Below are positions 12,847 to 25,369 of a stretch of DNA of 64,000 nt, piece by piece. Every line of letters starts with the position of its first letter. The stretch's first letter is position 1. Both the position numbers and the translations under genes were made by a program. The notes beneath the pieces were generated by a model. That model ran no database searches. It was not told the origin of the DNA and saw nothing but the letters and a program-made list of their open reading frames with translations. The stretch is from Hypanus sabinus. Its lineage: Eukaryota. The DNA is taken from assembly GCF_030144855.1 (NCBI RefSeq), contig NC_082712.1:137020001-137084000 (forward strand). Reading direction: 5' to 3'.

Positions 12847-13259
12847 CTTGAAAAGAAAGAAAACCTAAAAAAAACCGAATACTTCCCCATCAACATTATA
12901 GAGGAACAAATAGAGTCAAACATCAAATCCTTTAATTACTTTCAAAATCAAATTATTAATAATAAAAAATAAAAAGAGCAAAATCACAGTAATATTAAAT
13001 TAGATGACACCATTGGAGCAAATCCTGAGACCCTACAACTGACCTTGTATTCCTCATGTCTTACCGATCTCCTGGGAAGGGGATTCAATGTAAACAACGA
13101 TACCCACTTCGGTAACGGCCTCTAGACAATGACCTTGGGGGCACCCAAAATCGGGAGGGGTAAACATATAGAAATACTTCCATGCACTTAGAAATATGGA
13201 AACCGATATGAGAAACTAATTTGTGATTTAGTGGGAGATTCACTTTGTCCCGCTAGTCC

Positions 13260-13600
13260 ATGCAGCATAACCCTCAAAGCCGAAGGCTGGATCACCGGAT
13301 CAGACCGAGCCCCCGCCCCTCGTTTTACCTGAAAGTCGGAGCAGAGCCAAGACCGCGACCACCCGGGGTACGAGGCGCGGCAGAAATTTCCCGGCGCAGC
13401 CCATTTCTCCGTGTGAACGCCGGGGCGGTGACGGACTCGCACTTCACTTTCGCGAGGGCTTGGCGCTGCGCCTGGGCGGTCTCGCTGAGGGCAGAAACCC
13501 CCAACCCGAGTCGTGTTCCGCCACCATTTTCATCGTCGGCGGGCGAGAGAGCCGAGGCAACCTGGACGTCGACGAGCTTTCATCCCACCGGTCCAGGACT
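13260..13600 (-). promoter_or_regulatory. CpG-island promoter with GC box (13421-13428) and IRF-E/ISRE-like motif GAAAGTGAAGT (13441-13451)
   Basis: Densest non-repeat CpG cluster in the window; the motifs lie 17-47 nt upstream of the leader ATG. Confidence 0.65.
13329..13404 (-). CDS. Signal-peptide (leader) exon of a second minus-strand gene (MGCAGKFLPRLVPRVVAVLALLRLS-G); remaining exons not found in the window
   Basis: 76 nt = 25 codons plus 1. ATG in good context (gaaATGG), hydrophobic core, phase-1 donor CAG|GTAAAA, inside a CpG island. Confidence 0.72.
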
Positions 13601-13608
13601 CTTACAAC

Positions 13609-16600
13609 TTTATTATATTTTCGCTTTAGTAATTCGTTGTTGATCGTTTCCTAGTGAAAGTTAAAGTTGTTTGAAGTAAATTCGTTGTCTGCGATGTATC
13701 GCGGCGCGCGATGACGTCACACCCGGATTCGCCGCGTCTTGTGGGAAAACGCTGCTTTGGAGAAACTTGTGTGTGCAGGGTCAGTGCGAGAAAAGTTTTC
13801 ATTCTTCGCACTAAACACTAGAGAAGCAACGCCGTAGGTTCATGAGATGATCAATATGTGGAATTAAAAATGTTAACGCTGATTCTGTTAAAGGTAATGA
13901 CGGTTGATAAAGTTTATGCTTTTTGTTATTTAAAGAGTTGTGGATAGTTTGTGTTGAAGTGTATTTAAAGCCAGTCCATGGCGTAGGTAGATTCTGACTG
14001 TATGTTGCACTTTAATGTAATATAGTTGTAGTTTTACTTTTGCAAGTATTTATGATGTAAATGTGATGTCAAGAAGGAAATAAATACTGTATATATTTTG
14101 TATTGTTTTATCAACAGTTTTCACCATACGTTAATGTGGAAGAGTGGACAGTAAACGGTTAATCTTACCGGACCACCTCATTGACTGGTTTATGCTTGGT
14201 GTTTAGTTCAGAGTTCTTTTACACCTGTGCAAGAACACTACGGTGAAAAGGCAGCATTACCAGGTGTTTCAAGTGCTGCAATGACAACTCGATCCAGCAT
14301 CAAGTCGTTGCCATCCAGCGCCAAGGGCAGTAGGGCATCAACAAGTAAGGCTGCCCATGCAAGAGCTAAGGCAGAAGCCGCCAAGGTGCGAGCGTTGTAC
14401 GCTGAACAAGAAGCAAAATTGAAAAAGGAAGTGGTTGCCAGAGAAGCCGAAAACCAGTTAGAAAAGGTAAGGATAGAGTCAGAGTTAGAAGTGCTGATGC
14501 TACAACGAGAAGCAGAAGCTGCCAGGGTGGAAGCAGAGATAATAGAATGTGCTGAAGAAATGCATGTTCTGGATGACGTAATATCTACTTCAGTAAGGAC
14601 CAGATTGGAATGCACAAGCGACTATGTCCAATGTCAAATGGACTTGAAGATTCGTTCTTCCTCTCCATACTTATATGCTAACATCCCACCTCATGAGGAG
14701 TCTCAGAGAGGCCCAATTGCATCACATCCATCCAAGGAAGACAATTTACCCTTGCAACTCCGCGATGAATTCAAAGATGAAAGGGCTGATGACAAATACT
14801 TCTCGACACCAAATTTACCAGATTTGGCGAGAGGAGAGGCAAAGGCTGAATTCAGAACAGCAAATTCCATAACAAATGTACACCCTCAGTCATATACCCG
14901 CTGACATATTCCCCCAGCCAGCATACCACTAGTAGTTGAACCCATGGCACAGTATTTAGCACGACGAGATCTTGTCACTTCAGGACTATACCAGTCTGAC
15001 GATAAACCTGAAAATTATCGTGCATGGTACTCCTTTTGCCAACGCTATCCACGGAGTCCAGCTCGAAGCAACCCAAGAGTTGGATCTTATGACGAAATGG
15101 CTGGGAAAAGACTCATGCGAACAGGTGAGGCGCATACGTTCAGTGTACATTAACAACCCCAAGCTAGCCTTACGCAAAGCATGGGAGAGACTTTGGGAGT
15201 GCTATGCGGCCCCTGAAATTATTGAAATGGCACTATTTCGACGTCTGGAAAATTTTCCTAAGGTGTCAGCCAAGCACCACACTAAGTTAAGAGAGCTCGG
15301 AGATTTACTCATGAAGATTCAAGGCGCCAAAGAAGATGGCTATTTAACTGGTCAATCATACCTAGCTCATACGGAATTAAACCAATCGTGGACAAACTTC
15401 CATTTGGGCTGCAGGAAAGGTGGGTGTCTGTTGGCTCAGAGTACAAGGAAGAGAACGATGGTCGATTTCCTCCCTTTGAGTATTTCACTAGGTTTGCGTG
15501 CAAGGAGGCGAAGAATCGAAACGACCCTAGCTTCATGAGTCCAGGTAGCAGTACAATTTACACCAAGCCAGTTAAATCCACTTCGAATAATGTCAATATT
15601 AATAAATCAGTCTCAGTGTGTAAAACTGAAGCCTTTACAATTAACAATGACCCTAGCAAGAATTGTCCATTGCACAACAAACCCCACCCCCTCAAAAAAT
15701 GCAGAACGTTTAGGAAAAAACCCTTTGACGAGAGGATGGCCCTTCTCAAGGAGAAAAAAATATGTTTTAAATGCTGTTCCTCTACCTCTCACCTTGCTAG
15801 AGAGTGTACGATCTCCGTGAAGTGCCCGGAATGTAATAGCACTAATCACGATGGGGCCATGCATCCCGGCCCGTTACTGCAAACCAACAAAGCTCCTTCA
15901 CCCTCACAACAGGATGGCAGGGAGGGAGAGGCTCACTCCAGTACAACTGTTGTGAGCTTGAGTTTACGGTCAAGCTCAGTCAAGCCGTTCTTGTTCAAAG
16001 ATCTGCCTCACTAATGTGTGACCTAAGGGAGCCAAAGACAAGGCCATCAAAGCCTATGTTATTCTGGATGATCAGAGCAATCGCTCACTAGTCAGACCAG
16101 AGTTCTTTGACTTGTTCAACATTGACAGTAATCAGTTCCCATACTACCTTAGAACTTGCTCAGGCAGCGTGGAAACATATGGAAGGAAGGCAGAAGGCTT
16201 CCAGTTCAAGTCCCTGGATGGTAAAGTTGTCACCTGTCTCCCTCCAGTCTTAGAGTGCAATGAAATTTTGAATAACCGCACTGAGATCCTGACGCCAAGT
16301 GCAGTGCTACACCAGCCACATCTTCGCCACATCTTCACCACATCGCCAAACACATCCCAGAACTGGATCCAAAAGCAGAAATACTCCTGCTATTAGGAAG
16401 AGCTGTTCTCCAGGTGCACAAGGTTAGGCAGCAGGTCAATGGACCACATGACACCCCCTCTGCCCAACGCCTGGATCTGGGCTGGGTGGTGATAGGAGAG
16501 GTGTTCCCTGGCAATGTACAGAAACTGACAGTTAACTCACTCAAGACCAATGTGCTAGAGAGTGGCCGCCATTCAATTTTTCAACCCTGCACAAGTTTCA

Positions 16601-19326
16601 TGTGTATCAAGGAAGCACGGCAAGGCTTTAACAAATGTAAAGTAACAGACAAGATGCTGGGTCAGTCAGTCTTCGCTCAAACTGAGCATGATAATAAACT
16701 TGCTTCATCAGCACAAGACGCCATTTTCTTAAAAATAATGGACACCAAGGTCTTCAGAGATTAAGCAAATAATTGGGTCGCCCCACTACCTTTCAGAGAA
16801 CCATGCCAGCGCTTGCCAAACAACAAAGGGCAGGCAGTCAAGTGGTTCACGTCCTTGCAAAAAAGGAAACCTAAGATGCAACAACAATACGTAGCATTTA
16901 TGGAGAAGATCTTCGCTAATGGACATGTTGAAGTAGCACCGCCACTGAGGGAAGGTGAGGAGTGCTGGTACCTCCCAACGTTTGGGGTTTACCACCCACA
17001 AAAGCCCAATCAGATCAGGGTGGTCTTTGACTCCAGTGCTCAGTGCACTGGTATCTCCCTTAATGATGTGCTCCTTACAGGCCCCAACCTTAACAATACC
17101 CTTCTCGAGGTCCTGCTGCACTTCCAGAAGGAGAAGGTCGCAATCTTAGTGGACATCCAGCAGATGTTCCATAGCTTCTTAGTTCAGGAGGACCATTGCA
17201 ATTTCCTCCGTTTCTTATGGCACAGATGTAACTTACCTCGCACTGTAGACGAATGGGCCCAGGCAAAGGACGTCATCCTTAAAGCAACTCAAAGAGCAGC
17301 CTTTGCAAGGGAGTTTTCGGCCCTCCAAGCTAATAAACCAATACCAAAGGACAGCCCTTTGAGGAAACTCATGCCGATCCTGAAGAACGATATCATTTGC
17401 ATTGGAGGCCGGTTAATACACTCCCACCTTCCAGCTGCAGAAAAGAGCCCAGTAATCCTGCCCAAAGACAGCCATGAGTCCTTACTGCTCACTCGCCATC
17501 ACCATGAACAGGTAAGGCATCAGGGCCGTCACCTGATGGAAGGAGCAATCAGGGCAGCGGGACTGTGGATCTTGGGAGGGAAAACACTGATCAATTCAGT
17601 ACTCCACAAATGTGTAACCTGCAGGGAACTGTGAGGCAAGTTGGAAGCTCAACGTATGGCTGACCTCCCACCAGAACACCTCGAAGCCTGCCCTCCTTTT
17701 ACATATGTGGGGCTCGATGTATTTGGTCCCCGGACTATCACTACAAGATGCACCAGAGGAGGACAAGCAGAGAGCAAGCGGTGGGCCATCACATTTAGCT
17801 GCATGAGTTCAAGAGCAGTACACATCGAGGTAATCGAATCTTTGGATACATCCAGCTGCATTAATGCTCTCAGGCGCTTCTTTGCGCTAAGAGACCCTGC
17901 AAAACAGTTAAGGTCTGATTACGGCACGAACTTTGTTGGAGCGTTCAAGGAGCTGGGGATGGACAAAACTGTGCAAAGGTACCTCAGCAGGGATGTAACT
18001 GGGAGTTCAACACACCACACGCCTCTCACATGGGAGGCGCATGGGAGCAGATGATTGGTATCGCCAGAAGGATCCTTGATTCAATGTTTCTGCAGCAATG
18101 CACCCGACCGACCCATGAGGTACTGTGCACACTAATAGCAGAGGTCATGGCCATTATAAATGCACGACCACTCCTACCTGTGTCTTCTGAACCGGAAAAC
18201 CCCTTCATACTCTCGCCATCAATGCTCCTTATGCAGAAGGCAGGAGCTCCCCCTCCACCTGGGGACTTCTCTGATAAGGATTTGTACACAAAGCAATGGA
18301 GACAGTTTCAGGCTCTGGCAAATGGGTTCTGGTCTCGTTGGAGACATGAATATCTACCTTTGTTGCAACACAGACAAAAGTGGACAGAAGGAATCTTCAA
18401 GTTGGAGATTTAGTCCTGCTCAGGGACAAGCAAATCACCCGCAACTGCTGGCCAATGGCCAGAATCACTGCCACATTCCCCAGTAGGGATGGACATGTCA
18501 GGAAGGTTGAGTTGAAAACTTCTGACCAAGGTGATGTGAAAATTTACCAAAGGCCAGTTGCAGAAGTCATTCTGCTTCTTCCTAAGGACTGATTTAGAGA
18601 CTTAAGCTTTGTATTATGTTCATTGTGACCTTACAAAGGTCAGGCGGGGAGTGTGTTGCCTTTAAGGCATTTGTTTAGTTTATTGTATTTTCGCTTTAGT
18701 AATTCGTTGTTATCGTTTTCTAGTTAAAGTTAAGATTGTTTAAAGCAAATTCGTTGTCTGTGATATATCGCAGCATGTGATGACATCACACCCGGTTTCG
18801 CCGCGTCTTGTGGGAAAATACTAGTTTGGAGAAACGGGAAGGAGGGAGCTTATGTGTGCAGGATCAGCGCGAGAAAAGTTTTCTTTCTACGCGCTAGAAA
18901 CATTAGAGAAGCAACGCCATAAGTTCATGAGATAATCGATATGTTGAATTAAAAATGTTAACGCTGATTCTGTTCAAAGTAATGACGGTTGATAAAGTTT
19001 TTTTTTGTTATTTAAAGAGTTGCGGATAGTTTGTGTTGAAGTGTATTTAAAGCCAGTCCATGGCGTAGGTAGATTCTGACTGTATGTTGCACTTTAATGT
19101 AATATAGTTGTTGTAGTTTTACTTTTGCAAGTATTTATGATGTAAATGTGATGTCAAGAAGGAAACAAATACTGTATATATTTGGAATTGTTTTATCAAC
19201 AGTTTTCACCATGTTAATGTGAAAGAGTGAACAGCAAATGGTTAATCTTGCTGGGACCGCCTCATTGACTGGTTTATGCTTGGTGTTTAGTTCAGAGTTC
19301 TTTTACACCTGTGCGAGAACACTACA
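13609..19326 (+). mobile_element. BEL/Pao LTR retrotransposon with both LTRs, non-autonomous (most of RT deleted, frameshifts)
   Basis: 5' LTR 13609-14242 (first ~25 nt missing) and 3' LTR 18652-19326 are highly similar. Coiled-coil ORF 14227-14904; Gag with CFKC..S.H..REC knuckle; start of RT (WYLPTFGVYHPQKPNQIRVVFD); integrase (PPFTYVGLDVFGP, LRSDYGTNF); PPT before the 3' LTR. Confidence 0.92.
16813..18592 (+). pseudogene. BEL/Pao pol remnant: RT N-terminus fused by deletion to the pre-integrase region, then integrase core and C-terminus
   Basis: ORFs 16813-17634, 17641-18054, 18030-18413 and 18380-18592; the junction FLRFLWHR|CNLPRTVDEWAQA skips the RT core and RNase H. Confidence 0.82.
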
Positions 19327-20750
19327 GCCCTCCTCATTGGAATGTCTCCCATCACTGCTCCACTCTCATCCACTCCCTTTCTGTTCCCATTCCCTCTCCT
19401 CAGTTTCATCTCCCACCTCCCCTCTACTTTATGACGTTATTTAATAATATATTGATTTTTTTTCAGCAAACCGATTGGTGACGTGAGATGCTGAGACTGG
19501 AACAAAAAATGGTAGATTTGTTTTTTCTTGTGATATGGGCTGAGGTACATTGAAAGCACTTGTCTTGCATACCGTCCATAGAAATCAATTCATTACAACA
19601 GTGCAAGGTAAAACAACCCGTTGAAGGAGCTGAGCGTCTCACTTGGCATCTGTAAATGAAAATAGACAGTCGACATTCCCGATCGGGACCTATCATTTGG
19701 ACTGTCCATTTCCCTCAGCTGATGACGCCTGATCTGCAGTATTCCTCCAGCTTGGAATACCAGTATACCAAGCTGCTGTGCCTTCATATTTAAATTGAGC
19801 TCTGGAACCAGGGGCTGGGGGATTTGAAGGGGTGCACAGCAAACATCACTGGATGAGTCCTTATTTCCAAGTCATTGAATAGCAGATTAATGTCGTTTTA
19901 CTGTAGTGAGCTTATTGGAGCTGGAGGTTGACACGTTCCTGAGGTGCTGATAGGTGTCATGCTGGAGTATTAGACTAAGTGGATCGTGGCCGTGTAGGTG
20001 TAATTAATAAAACAACATACTAGAAATATTCATTGTCAAGCCTCATGGATGGGAAGAGAAACAGATTTATCATTTAGGTTGAAGGCCCTTCTTCAATGAC
20101 CCCAGTTTTACACCATGGAAGACCTCACCCACTCTCTCTGCAGCTTACCTGCCATCTTTCCTTCCTGTTTCTGATGAAAGATCTTCAATATGAAGCATCC
20201 TTTTGTTTCTCTTCCACAGATGTCACCTGATCTTGTTGAGTATTTCCAGTGTTTCCTGTTTTTATTTTATTTTTTCCATTGTCTGCAATTTTGCTTTAAT
20301 TAAGATTTTCAGAGATTGTAACTATATTGGTTTTAATTTTCCCAAATTCTCTGGAATCAAGAAAAGTTCCATTTGGTTGAGAAACTGAAAAATCCAACTC
20401 CTTATTTCCAAAAGGGAGAGAGATGCAAAGACAGAAACTCTGGGCTAGCTTGACATCTGACACAGGGAAGTTATTAAATAGAGAAACTATTAAATGTTCC
20501 AGCACACCATGAGATAAATGCAGCAATTTTAAGAAAAGTCAGAGTGTTTCTGTGAAAGGAAAATTATGTTCAACCAGTTCATTGGAATTCTTTGATCTCT
20601 GGATAATGAGGAATTATTTGTTTTTATTTATCTTGAGATACAGTGGGGAGCTGGCCCATCTGGCCCACTGAGCTGTGCTGACCAGCAATCCACTGATTTA
20701 ACCCCTAGCCTAATCACAGCACAATTTACAATGAACTATTAATCTACTAA

Positions 20751-21385
20751 TGTTGTGGTTACTTGAAATGACCAGGGGACGCAGACAATTCTTCGAGAAG
20801 TTTAAACCTTTATTTGCAAACAAAGGCTGAGGCAATCAATGAACTTATCACCGAAAGCCCACTGAGCATTCTTTATAGTAATTTCTTATCTCAGTTACAT
20901 TTCGGTTTTATCAGCATACCCAATCAATTTTTAGTTGCATATCATCTATACATTAACTAATCAATCGCTCTTGCCCAGCTCTCAGTGCGCCACCAGTATT
21001 TCTTTCCAGTTCACATCTTGGGCCTCATTCCTGTCCAACGTTGTTTATCAGTCAGCCTCCTTAACCTCCCTCACATTACATTTTCTGCTCATTCCATCCT
21101 GTCCGCCACCATTATCTCTTAATAAACAAGGGCTGAGTATAATACATGGAGTACATTTCAGCTAATCAGTGCTGCTAGCTAAACAGGTGTTCTTTAATTG
21201 CCACAGTATGTAGCTAAGAGAATACAAGGTATCTAGTAAAACAATACATAGCAAAATGTGTCTAGTAAAATAATATATAGTAATATTAAGTACATAGGAG
21301 TGATTACATAGTGTAGTAAATACCTAGTACATAGTGGTTATATTTCAGGTATATACAGTGATTATGTCAGGTATATTTCTCAATA
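20751..21385. mobile_element. Solo LTR-like insertion
   Basis: Termini tgttg...caata; 4-bp TSD ctaa at 20747-20750 and 21386-21389. Confidence 0.55.
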
Positions 21386-21390
21386 CTAAC

Positions 21391-22058
21391 TGTAGTGTTC
21401 TCGCACAGGTGTAAAAGAACTCTGAACTAAACACCAAGCATAAACCAATCAATGAGGTGGTCCCCGTAAGATTAACCGTTTACTGTTCACTCTTCCACAT
21501 TAACGTATGGTGAAAACTGTTGATAAAACAATACAAAATATATACAATATTTGTTTCCTTCTTGACATCACATTTACATCATAAATACTTGCAAAAGTAA
21601 AACTGCAACAAATATATTATATTAAAGCGCAACATACAGTCAGAATCTACCTACGCCATTGACTGGCTTTAAATACACTTCAACACAAACTATCCGCAAC
21701 TCTTTAAATAACAAAAAAAAAACTTTATCAACCGTCATTACTTTTAACAAAATCAGCGTTAACAGTTTTAATTCAACATATCGATGATCTCATGAATTTA
21801 CAGCGTTGCTTCACTAATGTTTCTAGCGCATAGAAAGAAAACTTTTCTTGTGCTGATCCTGCACACATAAGCCCCCTCCTTCCCGTTTCTCCAAACCGGT
21901 ATTTTCCCACAAGACGCGGCGAAACTGGGTGTGATGTCATTGCATGCCGCGATATATCAGAGACAACGAATTTACTTTAAACAATCTTAGAAATGAGAAC
22001 AAATGAACTACTAAAGCGAAAATATAATAAACTAAACAAATGCCTTAAAGGCAACACA
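21391..22058 (-). mobile_element. BEL/Pao solo LTR, reverse orientation
   Basis: Reverse complement of LTR 18652-19326; 5-bp TSD ctaac at 21386-21390 and 22059-22063. Confidence 0.93.
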
Positions 22059-22259
22059 CTAACTCTTTGCCTGTAGGAGGAAACTAGAACACCTGGAGGA
22101 AACTCATGCGCACTTTGGAAGAATATACTGTACAGACTTTTTTGCAGAGGACACCGGAATTGAACTCAGAACTCTGATGCCCCGAGCTGTAACAGTGTCC
22201 TGCTAACTGCAATGCTACTCGATATACAATATTGTGCTTATACTTTCCAGGACACTTTT

Positions 22260-23030
22260 GAAGTGTTATTATTGAAAATAAAAGATAATGATGCATGTGG
22301 TTATATTGACTTGGATGGAAGATTGGCTGGCTAACAGGAAAATGGGTAGTCTATATAACTAGGTATTTTTCTATTTGGAAATATACAGAGAGAGGAATGT
22401 TACATGGACTTTTACTAAGGCCTCAGCTTTACTTATAACAGAAGGTGTAGTTGCTAAATTTGCTTTTGACACAATGGCACAAAGATCATTGTAAAGAAGT
22501 CAAAAAGAGGCTATAAATTGATGCAGATATATTAAGTGGTAATTATTAATCTGGCAAAGGGAGCACAATGTTAAAATATTTAAATGTCAGTATGAAAAGA
22601 AGCAAAATGAGAGATTGCAGAGCTGAGGGATAAATATACTGGGTGTGCATGAATCCCAACCGATTTGTATTCAGTTGCAACAAATTCTGGCAAGCTTACA
22701 GAATATTATTTTTTATTAAGAGGAAATTGCATACCAAAGTAGGGAGGTTATGTTTTAGCTCGATGATGCTTTAGTCATCTGGAGAACTTGTACAGTACTG
22801 GTCTCCTTAGGGGAATATATTGATATAATGGAAGCAGTTCAGACAAAATTTACTGAACTGATTCTGGAATAAGAGGGTTGAAGAAAGTTTAGATAGTATC
22901 TGCTGACACTTAGAAGAAAGGGAGACTTGAATGAAAGAAAGAAAATCCTGAGGATTTTCATAGGATGAATAGAGGCTTCCTCATATGAAAAAATATAAAC
23001 TATTATAAACACAGTTAAAAATAAAAGGAT
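22260..23030 (+). mobile_element. Old degraded CR1 LINE fragment
   Basis: Recognisable CR1 RT and 3' motifs (tggttatattgacttggatggaagattggctggctaacagg; gtactggtctcct). Confidence 0.55.
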
Positions 23031-25369
23031 GACTAAACAGAGCTTGTACATGCTGGAAATGCTGCTTTATTTTGCATCCCAGGCTGGGAATTCACCACTT
23101 CCTCAAAGTTGCCAGCCTCTGGTTTTTCGTGATAAATTCTACTCTGTTGCTGCAAATTTTACAAAATGAAATGATGGGGCTAACATTGTCTTCGATCTCC
23201 ACCATCAAACATTAGACAAACTGTCAGTGGCTGTTTCCATTTATTATTCATCTGCCCTAGTCTTTCAATTCCACCACTGCACCCTCCCCTACCTGGTGCT
23301 ACCTGCCTGTCAGTTTACACCCCTCAGGTGCATCGATCACTTTGAAGTCCATTCAGGTCACTCCCCTTACTCTCTCCATGCCAGACATCTCACCTCTCCA
23401 TTCTGAATCTTGGTGTAGGTTTCCGACCAGAAACATAGATAATTTCCTTCTTTCCATCGATGCTGCCAAACATGCCGAATTCCTCCAGCAGACTGTATGT
23501 TGCTGATCCAGCATCTGCAGTCTCTTGTTTTTCCAATCTGCCACTGGGTGTCACTTTTTTTTGCAATTTAAATGTTTCTTAAAAGTATGGCATAAGTCTG
23601 GATTAACAACAATGTTTTTTAAGTATAATTAAAATTGATATAAACATGATTGTATCATTAACTTGTAAGTAAAATGCATGATTTTTTAAAAAGAAAACAC
23701 TTGAGCAAAGTTTATTTTAATGATTACAGATACTTGAAAGGAGCAATGCAAGAAAACCTTTCCTTGCTGCTTCCCATGCATTTTTGCCCCCAGTGAGTGG
23801 TAGCTAGAGCTGGTAGTACATCAACAATGATTTGCTACTTCAAGGCCCTTTTAACAGAGACTTGCATTCATGTCGTACATTCAGCATGCCTCCCAAAGTT
23901 GACACTGCTTTACATAAAGTAATATTACATCAGATAAACAAGAGTCAGGAAGTTTGAAACAGGATAGAGTGGTGGAGATGTTTAGGAAAAGAATTTCAGT
24001 TCTCAAGCTTACAACCCGGAGGCTCTGAGATCCACAATTAGGAAATGCTTTCTGAGGCTGGTTATGGCATGCAATGCATTAACTGCAGCCTCCTAGAAAA
24101 ATTTTACCCACTGCCAGATGCCATGTCCTTGGCCCTACATCACTAGAGCATTTCAATGGTAAACACCTACTCTAGACTATTCCTTATTGGTTACAATTCT
24201 TTCTTCTATACTATAATTCCTAGCTCACTGATCTCCATCACAAGGTGAAAACAGGTGTGTACTCGTGTGCCTTCAACGTTTATGATATGTAGAGAGAGAG
24301 AAATAGAGTGACCTGGTCCTCATGCCAAGGACCACTTACCTGAGGCGGATGCACCTGCTTAAGAATCTCCATCTGCTGCAACACGTCCAGGAACCTATAT
24401 CAGATTGGGTTGTTTATCTGTCCCACCACGGTGATATATCCATAGCCTAATAGCTTAGGGCAAGTGACTGAAGAGGCAGAATAATCCTCTCACTTTGCCA
24501 GAGCATTCAGGTAGTCTACCCCGACCTCCATTAATTTAGTGTTTTTTTTTGGTGAGTTGTAATGTTGAAAACATTTCAAAAAAATGAGACTGCTCTTAAA
24601 ACAAAAGGGAATTGGTGAAAAAGGGAGGAATACAGAGAGAGAGAAATTGTTACAAACAAAGCAAAAGATTGTCATGATGTTGGCAGTTCTTTTTGTTGTT
24701 TATGTAAAGAGCATAAGTTACGTGCTATGGGTAAAGTGAACTGAATTATTTAGTATCAGTGTCTATAATTTCAATGCAGTTCTATAAGTAAAAAGTGTAG
24801 TTTTTTTTCAAGAAGGGGAGATGTAGCAGTAGTAAATAGTAGTATTCCTATACCACTTCCACGTGAGAGGAGTTCACATACTGAACAAGCTCGGATAACA
24901 AACATCAGTTGAGTATTCTACAGACTGTCATCCTGGTGTGCTCTGCACTGTCCCTCAATAACAAACACAACAGGTCACACAGCATCTGGAGTTTTGTGCC
25001 TCTTATTTAAATGACCCCAAAGAAAAGATATGTTGCACTGGGGAGAGTCCAGAGGAGGTTCATGAGAATATCCTGGGAGTGAATGAAAGGATTAACACAT
25101 GTGGAGCATTTGTTGGCACTAGACCCGTACTCACTGAAGATTAAATGAATGAGGGGAGTTCCAAATAGAGTGATGTGGATTGTATATTTCATTAGAGTCA
25201 TAGGACACTACAGCATAGAAACTGACTGGATGGGCCAAAGGGTCTATGTCAAAACATTAATCTACCTAGTCCCGTTGAACTGTCCCTGGACCGTAGCCCT
25301 CCATAGCCGTCATCCATGTAGCTATCCAAATCTCTTTTAGATGCTGAAATCAAACCCCCATCCATGACT

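Larger units (their letters stand above)
20640..22208 (-). mobile_element. tRNA-derived SINE (HE1/V-SINE-like) split by two solo LTRs
   Basis: Minus-strand head has a B-box (gagttcaattcc) near 22170; the body continues across 20750/22064 (attaatctactaa|c tctttgcctgtaggaggaaac). Confidence 0.65.

Noticed and set aside
13188-13654. Overlapping ORFs across the CpG island
   Set aside because: By-products of high GC content; only the spliced leader exon has supporting signals.
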